Origin: Thermoplasmatales archaeon | GTDB lineage: Archaea; Thermoplasmatota; E2; UBA202; JdFR-43 | Direction of reading: 5' to 3' | DNA: 51,436 nucleotides | Assembly (NCBI GenBank): GCA_011052825.1 | Contig: DRIF01000082.1 | Location: 1-51,436, forward strand | Translations under genes and position numbers: made by a program | The notes under the pieces: model-generated | The model's input: the letters and a program-made list of their open reading frames with translations, nothing else | Told to the model about the DNA's origin: nothing | The model's database searches: none | Part shown: positions 10,429-19,399 of the stretch, piece by piece | How the letters are laid out: every line of letters begins with the position of its first letter | Position numbering within the stretch: position 1 is the stretch's first letter

Positions 10429-11397
10429 ATGGAAAAATGGAAAGTATACATTCAGTTAATGCGAATTTATGGAATTTTTATTGCCATGATGCCACTGCTT
10501 GGGGCTGTATCAAATGGAATTTTTCATGGATTTATTTTTCTTCTCATTGCTGGAATATGTTCAAATATTTTTGGGTTTGTTCAGAATGATTATTTTGATG
10601 TAGAAATAGACAGGCAATCAGGATATGTTTCAAATCGTCCACTTGCAATCGGATTGATTTCTGAGAAGGAGGCAATAGTTTTTATGGCAATTCTTTTAGT
10701 AATTCCTTTTATAATAACCATTTTTTTATTCTCCACCTACGCACTTCTTTTTTTAATGCTCTATTTCTTTTTCTACACAGTTTACAACAGATATAGCAAA
10801 AAGTTTGCATTCATGGAATATTCTCTTGGACTCGCTGGAACAATGATTTTTCTTTATGGTGCCTTTTCATTTAAAGAGGAAATTTCAATTTACTGCTTTT
10901 TAATTTCTTTATTACCAATCTTAAAATATGCTTTCAATGTTGGTGTGTCTGCGAATCTAAAGGATATTGAATATGATTTGAGGCAAGAGGTGAGAACAAC
11001 TCCCTCCTTATTTAATATAAATTTGGAAAAACTTTCCATACCAAAAAGTTTTATTTTATATGGTTATTCCCTCAAGATAATTTATGTTATAATTGCTTTT
11101 TTTGCATTATATGTAACGCAGATGGAAGCTTACTTCTCTTTCCTTCTTTTAATAGTAAATTCACTCTTTCTTTTTTATACAATTAAAAAAATTTTTGATA
11201 ATTTTGGAAATAGGAGGAAAATGCTTTTTTATGCAGAAATTCATGAAATACTATCCTATACATTAATGGTATCAATCCTTTATGACTATGTTGCAATAAA
11301 ATACTCTCCTCTTTTTTCATTTTCGCTCTTAATCCTGCCTCCGCTCTGGATAATATTATCTCTCAAAATTTTATTTGGTGGGAAACCTCTGGAATAG
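10429..11397 (+). CDS. UbiA-family prenyltransferase
   Basis: Polytopic membrane protein with NDYFDVEIDR..NRPL..G and NLKDIEYD Asp-rich motifs. Confidence 0.85.
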   Translation: MEKWKVYIQLMRIYGIFIAMMPLLGAVSNGIFHGFIFLLIAGICSNIFGFVQNDYFDVEIDRQSGYVSNRPLAIGLISEKEAIVFMAILLVIPFIITIFLFSTYALLFLMLYFFFYTVYNRYSKKFAFMEYSLGLAGTMIFLYGAFSFKEEISIYCFLISLLPILKYAFNVGVSANLKDIEYDLRQEVRTTPSLFNINLEKLSIPKSFILYGYSLKIIYVIIAFFALYVTQMEAYFSFLLLIVNSLFLFYTIKKIFDNFGNRRKMLFYAEIHEILSYTLMVSILYDYVAIKYSPLFSFSLLILPPLWIILSLKILFGGKPLE

Positions 11398-12451
11398 GAT
11401 ATGTTTTTCCTTTCCATTCAATTTTATTTGTGAAAATAGATGAAATTAGGTTATAGGAAATGGTGAAAGATGCTATGGGTCTCAAAAATACATGGTATAA
11501 AGGAGATAAAAATTTCTCCTTTGGATATTCCATCAATTTAACGAATGTACTGTATTCCTGATAACCCCTAAAAAAATCAAATAATAGAGGAGAGATAAGT
11601 AAGAATCCTATTAATGGGTGTATGAAAATAAAAAATATGCCTATTACATTTGAAATTCTCATCCCAAGATTGAAAAATAAGGCAATTCGCCATAAAGATG
11701 GAAAATATCTTCTTATCCATGCAAATTCCCTATTCATCCATTTTAAAACCTTTTTTTCTTCTCTTGATTCTGAAATTGCTTCTGGGACAAATTTTATTTC
11801 AATTCCATTTTCTTTCAGAACTTTTGTCAAAGTTAAATCATCTACCCAATTTTTTTTCCATATTTCTCTAACATTCAGTTTTTCAAAAATTTCTCTTCTT
11901 ATTGCAGTTGAACCTCCCCAGGCAAAATTAAACCTTTTATAAAAGAGAACAGAAGCTACTGATGCATTCCATACGCATAAGAAAGGTTTTTTGAAATACC
12001 ATCTGTACGTTGTTGAAACATTTTTAAGAGAGGATACTAAATATTTAAGCCATTTTGGATGTGGTTCTATATCATCATCTGCAAATACAAAAATCTCTCC
12101 TTTTGCTTTTTCTATTCCCGCAAGGAGTGCGGAATTTTTGCCACTACATCCCTCATAATTTTTTGAAATTTCAACAATTGTTTTCTTCCCTTTTAAATTT
12201 TCAATTTTATTTTTTTCCTCTATGTTATCAACAACAACTATAATTTCATAGTTCTTGTATTCCTGTTCCTCAAAATTTTTTAAGTTTATTTCTCCCTTGG
12301 AAGGTATTATTATGCTAACCATTTCCTTTCCATTAAGGGAGGGTTTTTTTCTGTACTTTCTTTTGATAAAAAACCATGAAACTATAGATATAATGCCTCC
12401 AGCAAAGTTAAGCATGCCTATTAAAAGAAAAATTAAGTTAAGTTGCTCCAC
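11363..12451 (-). CDS. Membrane glycosyltransferase, GT2/GT21 (ceramide glucosyltransferase-like)
   Basis: N-terminal TM, VSIIIP, GKNSAL, FADDD (DxD), GGSTAIRR, DDL and C-terminal TMs. Confidence 0.8.
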   Translation of the reverse strand: MEQLNLIFLLIGMLNFAGGIISIVSWFFIKRKYRKKPSLNGKEMVSIIIPSKGEINLKNFEEQEYKNYEIIVVVDNIEEKNKIENLKGKKTIVEISKNYEGCSGKNSALLAGIEKAKGEIFVFADDDIEPHPKWLKYLVSSLKNVSTTYRWYFKKPFLCVWNASVASVLFYKRFNFAWGGSTAIRREIFEKLNVREIWKKNWVDDLTLTKVLKENGIEIKFVPEAISESREEKKVLKWMNREFAWIRRYFPSLWRIALFFNLGMRISNVIGIFFIFIHPLIGFLLISPLLFDFFRGYQEYSTFVKLMEYPKEKFLSPLYHVFLRPIASFTISYNLISSIFTNKIEWKGKTYPIPEVSHQIKF

Positions 12452-12620
12452 AAATGTATTATTAAATTTTTATTTAAGTTTTTTCAAAAAAGATTTAATT
12501 GTATAGTTATGCACGTTCATATTTCATGAACAAATTGTTTATGGGATGAAAACATGAAGAGAGCGTTGCATTTTTCATATAAGTAAAAGTTGGAATGTGT
12601 TGGAGATAAAAATTGAGAGT

Positions 12621-12793
12621 TGGTGTGTGAGAAAGGTTGTAAAGGAGGCAGGAAAATCCATTGGGCTTGATTGGATTCATCCACATAGTTTATTTATGCA
12701 ACTAATTTACTTCGCAATGGTGTAAATATTAGAGTTGTTCAGAAAATATTGGAGCATACAGATATAAAAACAGCAGCAAGGTATTTACAATAA
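12621..12793 (+). pseudogene. Degenerate tyrosine recombinase/integrase C-terminal remnant
   Basis: Manual translation VRKVVKEAGKSIGLDWIHPHSL/(frameshift, RH lost)/YATNLLRNGVNIRVVQKILEHTDIKTAARYLQ matches box II HxLRH...LGH...Y of Xer-like recombinases. Confidence 0.85.
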
Positions 12794-12914
12794 TTGATAA
12801 TGATTTGCAAATTGCCATAGAGAATTTTGAAGATCCATTTTTGCTTAAGAAGGGATTGCAAAGATCCTTAAAACATTTAAATACCCTATGCAAACCTCTA
12901 TCTATAAAAATTTA

Positions 12915-12987
12915 TGGGCCCGCCGAGATTTGAACTCGGGTTACCAGCACCCCAAGCTGGAAGGATGCCAAGCTACCCCACGGGCCC
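12915..12987 (-). tRNA. tRNA-Pro(GGG)
   Basis: GGGCCCG acceptor stem, anticodon arm CCAGC-TTGGGGT-GCTGG, T arm CCGAG-TTCAAAT-CTCGG; no encoded CCA tail. Confidence 0.95.
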
Positions 12988-13040
12988 TCCTCCAAAATAC
13001 GCCAAAATTAAATAAAAGCTTTTTGCTAAAATATAAAATA

Positions 13041-13155
13041 TGGGCTCGGGGAGATTTTCAAGCAACTTGGAAACGCAACTTGCTTGCAAGTTGCAGTTCG
13101 AACTCCCGATCTTCGCCTCGTCAAGGCGACATCATAACCCCTAGACCACGAGCCC
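13041..13155 (-). tRNA. tRNA-Val(GAC) with 42-nt intron at position 59/60 (intron 13055-13096)
   Basis: GGGCTCG/CGAGCCC acceptor stem; TCGCC-TTGACGA-GGCGA anticodon arm; T arm GGGAG-TTCGAA[42 nt]T-CTCCC forming a bulge-helix-bulge. Confidence 0.9.
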
Positions 13156-13247
13156 ATTTTGTAAAATGTATATATTTTGCCATATATATGATTTTCATTC
13201 CTTTCTTTGGTATTTTCTGCGTCATTTTTTCAAATAGAATTTCTCTT

Positions 13248-14234
13248 TCACAAAATCTGGTCAAATTCATAGTTTTCCCATTTTCTTTCTTCGAATAAAA
13301 TTTCAAGTTCAATTGGAGTTAAAATTGGCTTTTTGTATCTTTCTGCATCATCTATTGCAACTCTGGGACATGCTGTAGAAACATAGCAGTCGAAATCAAG
13401 ATAGTTTATTCTCTCATCTATCTCATTTAAAATTATCAAATATGCTTTTTTTCCTTTAATTTTTATAAATTCTCTCAATTTTTTCGCAAGACGCAACCTT
13501 TTTTGCCCTACCTTTTGCGTCGCTATAACACCAAATTTTTCCGCTTCCATTGCCTTTGCTATGTTAGCATATCTCTGCCTTGCTATTTTTTCAGCAATTT
13601 TTTTTATTTCATCAGCATAAACTCTTCTATCAATTGGATTTGCACAAACAACTCTTTTTTTTGTTGCCATATAAAGTCCAACAGGATGAAAAAAACCATC
13701 TCCAATGAACAGAAATTCATCAGTTTTATCTGCTATTGATGTTGCAGGTGAAAAATCACATCCAAGTATCTGTCCATCATATGCTGTTCTCCTCCCCCTT
13801 TTACCTATAAAAACTTTATATCCATTCTCTTCCAGAAATTTTTTGCAATCATTTATTTTATGTATGAAGGGAGAGATGCTTATAAGCCCTATTTTTTTTC
13901 CTTTAATAAACGGAAACGCATTTCTTAAAAACTCTTCATTGAAATTATATTTTGCTTCTATAAATGAAATTTTATTTCCATAAATTTTTTTGAGAAAAGG
14001 CATCTCTGTCTCTCCTATAAAAATTGTTTTTTCTATGTCCTCAGTATAAATAAAATCGCAAGCTCCATAACACGAATCTGCCATAAAAATTGCTTCCTTT
14101 CCATTCTCTTCAAGAAAATTTAACAGTTTGGTTGCATATGGCTTTAACCCATCTGGAAGTTTAATTGATACATTTTTTCCTTCCACTTCTTCCAGAAGTT
14201 TCTTTTCATCAATTTCATAATATTTTAACTTCAT
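13248..14234 (-). CDS. dph2: Diphthamide biosynthesis protein Dph2
   Basis: PDGLK, CYGACD, GQILGC, G.FHP and TACPR..IDD motifs. Confidence 0.93.
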   Translation of the reverse strand: MKLKYYEIDEKKLLEEVEGKNVSIKLPDGLKPYATKLLNFLEENGKEAIFMADSCYGACDFIYTEDIEKTIFIGETEMPFLKKIYGNKISFIEAKYNFNEEFLRNAFPFIKGKKIGLISISPFIHKINDCKKFLEENGYKVFIGKRGRRTAYDGQILGCDFSPATSIADKTDEFLFIGDGFFHPVGLYMATKKRVVCANPIDRRVYADEIKKIAEKIARQRYANIAKAMEAEKFGVIATQKVGQKRLRLAKKLREFIKIKGKKAYLIILNEIDERINYLDFDCYVSTACPRVAIDDAERYKKPILTPIELEILFEERKWENYEFDQIL

Positions 14235-14757
14235 TGTCAACTTTAATATCAACTATGGTTTTTATCTCCTTTCTAATTTTATTTTCTATCACACTTTTAT
14301 TTCCCTTATTAACTGCGATAAATATTCCTTTTATTATTGCCCCAATTTCTTCCAGAGCTTCAACAACACTTATTAAGGTTCCTCCTGTACTCAAAACATC
14401 ATCAACTATAACAATTTCATCTCCTTTTTTTATCCCATTTATATATAAATTTCCCTTTCCATAACCAGTTTCCTGAAAAACTTCTTTCTCGCCTGGCAAT
14501 CCATATTTCCTTTTCCTTATTATGGTGAATGGAATTCCTGTTTTCAGGCAGAGGGCAGATGCTATTGGTATTCCCATTGCTTCCATTGTAACTATTCTAT
14601 CGCACTTTGGCATTTTTTTTGCAATTTCATCTGCAACTTCATTCAGCAAATCAGCTTCTATATAAGGAATTCCATCTGTAATTGGATGCACAACGTAATT
14701 GTATTCTCCTTTTTTAACAATGGGAGCATTTTTTAAAGATTCAGCAAGTTTTTTCAT
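14215..14757 (-). CDS. hpt: Hypoxanthine/guanine (purine) phosphoribosyltransferase
   Basis: Y.VHPITDGIP and PRPP motif VIVDDVLSTGGT. Confidence 0.88.
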   Translation of the reverse strand: MKKLAESLKNAPIVKKGEYNYVVHPITDGIPYIEADLLNEVADEIAKKMPKCDRIVTMEAMGIPIASALCLKTGIPFTIIRKRKYGLPGEKEVFQETGYGKGNLYINGIKKGDEIVIVDDVLSTGGTLISVVEALEEIGAIIKGIFIAVNKGNKSVIENKIRKEIKTIVDIKVDNEVKIL

Positions 14758-15836
14758 TAGATCACCTTCCTCAAATCTGTAACGAATTTATCAATAATAT
14801 CTTTTCTGACATGCGGCATTAAAACAATTCTTATAATTTTATTTTCCTCATCTATTCCAACAAACCATTTCATATCCGCAAGTTTTTTGGCAACATCCAC
14901 CGCTTTATTTGATCTAATTGCAATTAAATTAAGTTCATAATCAAAATAATCTATCCCATTTTTGTCTAAAAGTATAGCAAGGTATTCTGTATTTTCCATG
15001 CACTCTTTTGCAATTTTTTCATATCCCTTATACCCCAGATAGTTCATCACAGCATATGCTGATGCCGCAGAAGCCCCAGGGCGCGTGCCAAGCAAACCCG
15101 CCTGAAATTTTGTGTGAGTGCATCTGCTTTTTACCTTTATTTCTTCAATCCATTCTTTGTTTCTGAGCAACAGAAAGCCACATGGAATGCATGCCATCCC
15201 CATTTTGTGTGCATCTATGCACAAACTGCTTATTTTTGCCCTGAAATCAAAAATTTTTTTGCTTACAAATGGAGCTATGAAACCACCGAAGGCAGCATCT
15301 ACATGCAGAAAAACATTTTCATCATTGCATATTTCTGCAATCTCTTCTATCTCATCAATATAGCCAAATGGAGTATTTCCAGCAATGGCAACAACACATG
15401 CAGTTTTACCCGAAATTTTTTTCCTTACATCTTTGCCTTTCATAAAGTATTTTGAATCAACAACATTCAATTTTAAATCAAGAATTGAAGATGCTTTCAT
15501 GAAAGAAAAATGCGCTTGCTTGGGGACTAAAACTTCTCTTTTCTTACCTAATTTTTTAAAAATCCAGAGTGCGGTTATGTTACTTTCTGTTCCACCGGAT
15601 GTGAGCAATCCAGCATAGCTAGGAGGAGCATGCATAAATTTTGCAACCCATTTTATTGCTTTATCCTCTATCCATTTAGTTCCTTTAAATAGTTCATAAT
15701 CTCCCAGATTTGTTTCAATAAACATTTCATATGCCTTTATTGCAATTTTATGAGGCATTGTGCACATTGAGCCAAGTATATTTTCAAAAGAAGCATCCAT
15801 TTTTTTGGCTTCTTCCAGTTCTTTTATAATGTCCAT
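14757..15836 (-). CDS. mfnA: PLP-dependent tyrosine/aspartate decarboxylase MfnA
   Basis: ILGSMCT.PH, TNLGD, SGGTESN, HVDAAFGG and DAHKMG. Confidence 0.9.
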   Translation of the reverse strand: MDIIKELEEAKKMDASFENILGSMCTMPHKIAIKAYEMFIETNLGDYELFKGTKWIEDKAIKWVAKFMHAPPSYAGLLTSGGTESNITALWIFKKLGKKREVLVPKQAHFSFMKASSILDLKLNVVDSKYFMKGKDVRKKISGKTACVVAIAGNTPFGYIDEIEEIAEICNDENVFLHVDAAFGGFIAPFVSKKIFDFRAKISSLCIDAHKMGMACIPCGFLLLRNKEWIEEIKVKSRCTHTKFQAGLLGTRPGASAASAYAVMNYLGYKGYEKIAKECMENTEYLAILLDKNGIDYFDYELNLIAIRSNKAVDVAKKLADMKWFVGIDEENKIIRIVLMPHVRKDIIDKFVTDLRKVI

Positions 15837-15878
15837 GAAAATTTATGAAAATTTGAATATAACATTTTGGTTTAAAGT

Positions 15879-16256
15879 TCAGTCAACTATTTTCAATTTT
15901 ACTTCATTTCCATTATAATCATATGCCTTCCATGTATCATCTTCATATGGATACGCAATTATAATGTGAATTCTCCCATGTTTTCTGAAAGTGAGCAAGT
16001 CTCCTTCTGATGGTTCAGCAACAGGTGAGGGATGGGAATGAACAGTCCCTACAATTCTTCTGTCGAAGGGAGCCATATAAATATCAAATGATGCATGCCT
16101 CCTTCCATATCTCATTCTTGGAAGCAGAATTAGCTCTGAAATTATATTCTCTCTATCTCCTAACCTTAAAAACGCCAGAAATTCTCTTGGATGCATATCT
16201 TTTGCTCCCTCTTCAATCATTTTAAGGCAATCTCTTTTTATCCCTTTTATTTCCAT
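15879..16256 (-). CDS. JAMM/MPN+ metalloprotease
   Basis: PREF and GTVHSHPS...PS.GD JAMM motif. Confidence 0.9.
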   Translation of the reverse strand: MEIKGIKRDCLKMIEEGAKDMHPREFLAFLRLGDRENIISELILLPRMRYGRRHASFDIYMAPFDRRIVGTVHSHPSPVAEPSEGDLLTFRKHGRIHIIIAYPYEDDTWKAYDYNGNEVKLKIVD

Positions 16257-16277
16257 TGTTGCTTTAACAAATATTCT

Positions 16278-17087
16278 TCATAAACTTTTTGGATATCTGA
16301 AGCTCAATTTTTTGTATACTTTGCTATAAAAATTATCCTTTATCTTTATGAATCTTGCCTTTTCTTCTGCTTCAAATATTTCAAGTTTCTGGCGGGGAGA
16401 GAAATCAAAAACGCTCATTCCATCTACTACAACTTTTGCAGGTTTTGCAACCTTTATCTTTAATTTTTTGACAGAGGGAATTACAACAGAGGATGCAATA
16501 TGGCGGAATGGTGCTATTGGTGCTATTATAAATATTTTTAATGTTGGATCTGCAATTGGCCCCCCAGCAGAGAGAGAATAGCTTGTTGAACCCATTGGAG
16601 TTGAAATTATAAGTCCGTCCCCACTAAATGATTGAGTTAACACATCATCAACATACAGTTTTATGGATAAAATCTTGCCAACGTTTGCAGTATGGATTGT
16701 GATTTCATTGGAGGCATCTGGCAAAGATTTTCTCCCAATTTTTCCTCCAATCTTAATTCTTTCCTCAATGTAATATTCTCTATTCAAAATCTTTTTTATG
16801 GATTCCTCAGCTTCCTTAGCTTCAACTTCAGTGAGAAACCCTATCCTACCTGTATTTATTGGAAAAACGGGTTTTGAGGTATGTTGTAAAGTCATTAAAA
16901 TAGTTCCATCTCCTCCAACAATCAAAATTTCATCTGCTTTCTTTCCTATTTCTTCAATTGAATAACCCCTCTCCCCCATATATTCTGCTATTTTGTATTC
17001 AAGCATTGCATTTCCAATTAAATGATAAACTTTCCTTCCAACAGAAAATGAATATTTTGATGGTTTGCAAATCAACCCCCTTTTCAT
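16278..17087 (-). CDS. nadK: NAD(+) kinase
   Basis: GGDGT, G.IGFL, NE and DGLIISTPMGSTSYSLSAGGP. Confidence 0.93.
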   Translation of the reverse strand: MKRGLICKPSKYSFSVGRKVYHLIGNAMLEYKIAEYMGERGYSIEEIGKKADEILIVGGDGTILMTLQHTSKPVFPINTGRIGFLTEVEAKEAEESIKKILNREYYIEERIKIGGKIGRKSLPDASNEITIHTANVGKILSIKLYVDDVLTQSFSGDGLIISTPMGSTSYSLSAGGPIADPTLKIFIIAPIAPFRHIASSVVIPSVKKLKIKVAKPAKVVVDGMSVFDFSPRQKLEIFEAEEKARFIKIKDNFYSKVYKKLSFRYPKSL

Positions 17088-17836
17088 AACAACTCCTCCA
17101 TAATTTTTCTGCTGGCAACAGCCAGAATACTACTTCTAAATTTCAGATTGAGAGGGCCATTCAAAACTTCTCCATTTGCGTTATATACTTCTCCCCCCGC
17201 CTCCCTAACTATCAGAGAACTTGCAGAAAAATCTGTAACCCTGAGAGTTTCCTGAGGCATATAATATGCGTGAACTGCACCACTTGCCACCAAGCACATT
17301 TCTATGGCGGCGGCGCCCATCGCCCTTATGCAGTTTGCATTCACCAGTTTCCATGTCTTTTTGTTTCCTGAATCCCCCAGAACAAGACAATATATTCTTT
17401 CAGAATAATCTTCATTTACTTTTATTTCTCTTCCATTCAGAAAAGCTCCCCCTCCTTTGAATCCTTCATATACGTCTCCAGTTGGTATATTTTTTACTAT
17501 TCCATATTCAACATCATCAATGCTGTTTTTCCCTATTGCAAGAGATATTCCATAAAATGGCAATCCATGAACAGCATTCCTTGTTCCATCTACTGGGTCA
17601 ATTATAAAAGTATAATCCTTGCCATTGTCAATATAACCAATTTCCTCTGATAGAATATTTGCCTTTTTTCCTATCACTTCAATTGCAACATCTTCTGCCA
17701 GTTTATCAACAAAAAGTGTTGGCGTTCCATCTGCACCCATTGAAATTTCTCTCCCAAATTTACTTTTCCTCTCTCTTCTTATTCTATTGTTTATTGCATT
17801 TACAACTTCCTTTGCCAAATCAATGAGTTCATCCAT
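17084..17836 (-). CDS. suhB: Inositol monophosphatase / FBPase (SuhB family)
   Basis: GADGTPT..D, SEE and DPVDGTRN motifs. Confidence 0.9.
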   Translation of the reverse strand: MDELIDLAKEVVNAINNRIRRERKSKFGREISMGADGTPTLFVDKLAEDVAIEVIGKKANILSEEIGYIDNGKDYTFIIDPVDGTRNAVHGLPFYGISLAIGKNSIDDVEYGIVKNIPTGDVYEGFKGGGAFLNGREIKVNEDYSERIYCLVLGDSGNKKTWKLVNANCIRAMGAAAIEMCLVASGAVHAYYMPQETLRVTDFSASSLIVREAGGEVYNANGEVLNGPLNLKFRSSILAVASRKIMEELL

Positions 17837-17947
17837 CTGTTTTTTGAATGTTTGAACATTTAAAACTATTTGGATTTTATTTAAAATGAAGCAATAGAAA
17901 AAGCAAACTCAAAGGATAGTTTTTTATACCCAACAAAATTTATTTTC

Positions 17948-19399
17948 ATGGGGCGAGCACTTTCAATTTTGGTGATGGCAATTTTTTTGCTATCTTTAAA
18001 TACAAACAGTTCAAATTTTCATAATGAAAGAAATTTTTTGATGGGGATAGTTTCAAATCCAAAAAATTATCCAAATTTTACAATTGATGATATCGAAGAA
18101 GCATACAACATAACTTCAAGCGTTTGTGAATTGGTAAACTTGTGGTTTTCTGTTCCATGGTGGGAGGAAGAAGAAAAATTGTTCTCGCCTTCCACGCAGG
18201 CATTACTCAACTTAATTTATAAAGAAAAATTAACTCCAATTTTTCATACAAATTTCTGGAGTTTGCAGTATGTTGAGGGATATGGGATAGCTCCTCTGCT
18301 TGACATACCTCCAGATATGCCAGAAAATACAACGTTGGAGAGCGAAGAATTCCGCCATAGGTGGATAGAGCATGTTAGAAACATAAGCAGGGAATGGCAT
18401 CCAGCATTTTATAATATAGGAAATGAGGTTGATTTGTTTTATAATTATGAACCAAATCAGGAGGATTTTGACAATTATGTTTCCTTAGTCGCAGAATCAT
18501 ATGATGCAATAAAAAGCGTTTCTCCTCATACAAAAGTGATGGTGGTATTTAAAGTAGAGAATTTAATTGATAAAAATACATGGTTCTTAATAGATAAGTT
18601 TGATAAAAACAAAATTGACTTAATAGCATTCACAACATATCCCTATTTAATTGGCAGTTATACTCAACCTTCTGATATACCTATGAACTATTATGATGAA
18701 ATAATGCAGCATGTTGGCGGGAAGCAGGTGGCATTTACGGAAATAGGATGGAGCAGTTCTCATTTGGCAGAAGGAAATGAGAAAAAACAGGCAGATTTTT
18801 TAACATGGTTCATGGAAGCAACAGAAGATATATCTCCTGCCATAATATGCTGGCTCTTCCTGCATGATATGGCTGAAGAAGGCAAAGAAAAGAAAGCAAA
18901 TGAACTTCTTGGATTAAGGAAAATTAATGGGGAAGAAAAGCAGGTTTGGCAGAACTGGAAAAATTTGCATGATATTCCATATGAGAATAATCCTCCTTCC
19001 ATTCCCGCTAAGCCATCTGGGAGTATGGAAGGGAAAATAAACACTCCCTATACCTATTCAACCTTTTCTACAGATGAAGACAATGATTGTCTCTATTACT
19101 GCTTTGATTGGGGCGACGGGAGCAAAGAATGGATTGGTTCATTTGGGCAGGGTGAAACAATAAATGCAACACATGAATGGAAGAAAGCAGGAAATTATGT
19201 GATAAAAGTTAAAGCGAGGGATTTATATGAAGAAAGTGAGTGGAGTGAAGGCTTAATTGTGAGTATGCCTTTCTATTATTTAAATGGGATTGTGAAAATA
19301 AGCAATTATATTGAAATTTTTGGAAGAATTGTTTTATACTGTTTCTCTTATTTTGACAGCCATCCCTCTCTCAAAATCAATCATTTCTTCTCTGGTTAG
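17948..19399 (+). CDS. Secreted clan GH-A-like glycoside hydrolase TIM barrel with C-terminal PKD domain
   Basis: Signal peptide; IGNEVD (acid/base) and FTEIGW (nucleophile); FDWGDG PKD motif. Confidence 0.65.
   Translation: MGRALSILVMAIFLLSLNTNSSNFHNERNFLMGIVSNPKNYPNFTIDDIEEAYNITSSVCELVNLWFSVPWWEEEEKLFSPSTQALLNLIYKEKLTPIFHTNFWSLQYVEGYGIAPLLDIPPDMPENTTLESEEFRHRWIEHVRNISREWHPAFYNIGNEVDLFYNYEPNQEDFDNYVSLVAESYDAIKSVSPHTKVMVVFKVENLIDKNTWFLIDKFDKNKIDLIAFTTYPYLIGSYTQPSDIPMNYYDEIMQHVGGKQVAFTEIGWSSSHLAEGNEKKQADFLTWFMEATEDISPAIICWLFLHDMAEEGKEKKANELLGLRKINGEEKQVWQNWKNLHDIPYENNPPSIPAKPSGSMEGKINTPYTYSTFSTDEDNDCLYYCFDWGDGSKEWIGSFGQGETINATHEWKKAGNYVIKVKARDLYEESEWSEGLIVSMPFYYLNGIVKISNYIEIFGRIVLYCFSYFDSHPSLKINHFFSG

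Noticed and set aside
12888..13312. 136-aa and 63-aa ORFs
   Set aside because: They overlap the tRNA genes; shadow ORFs.
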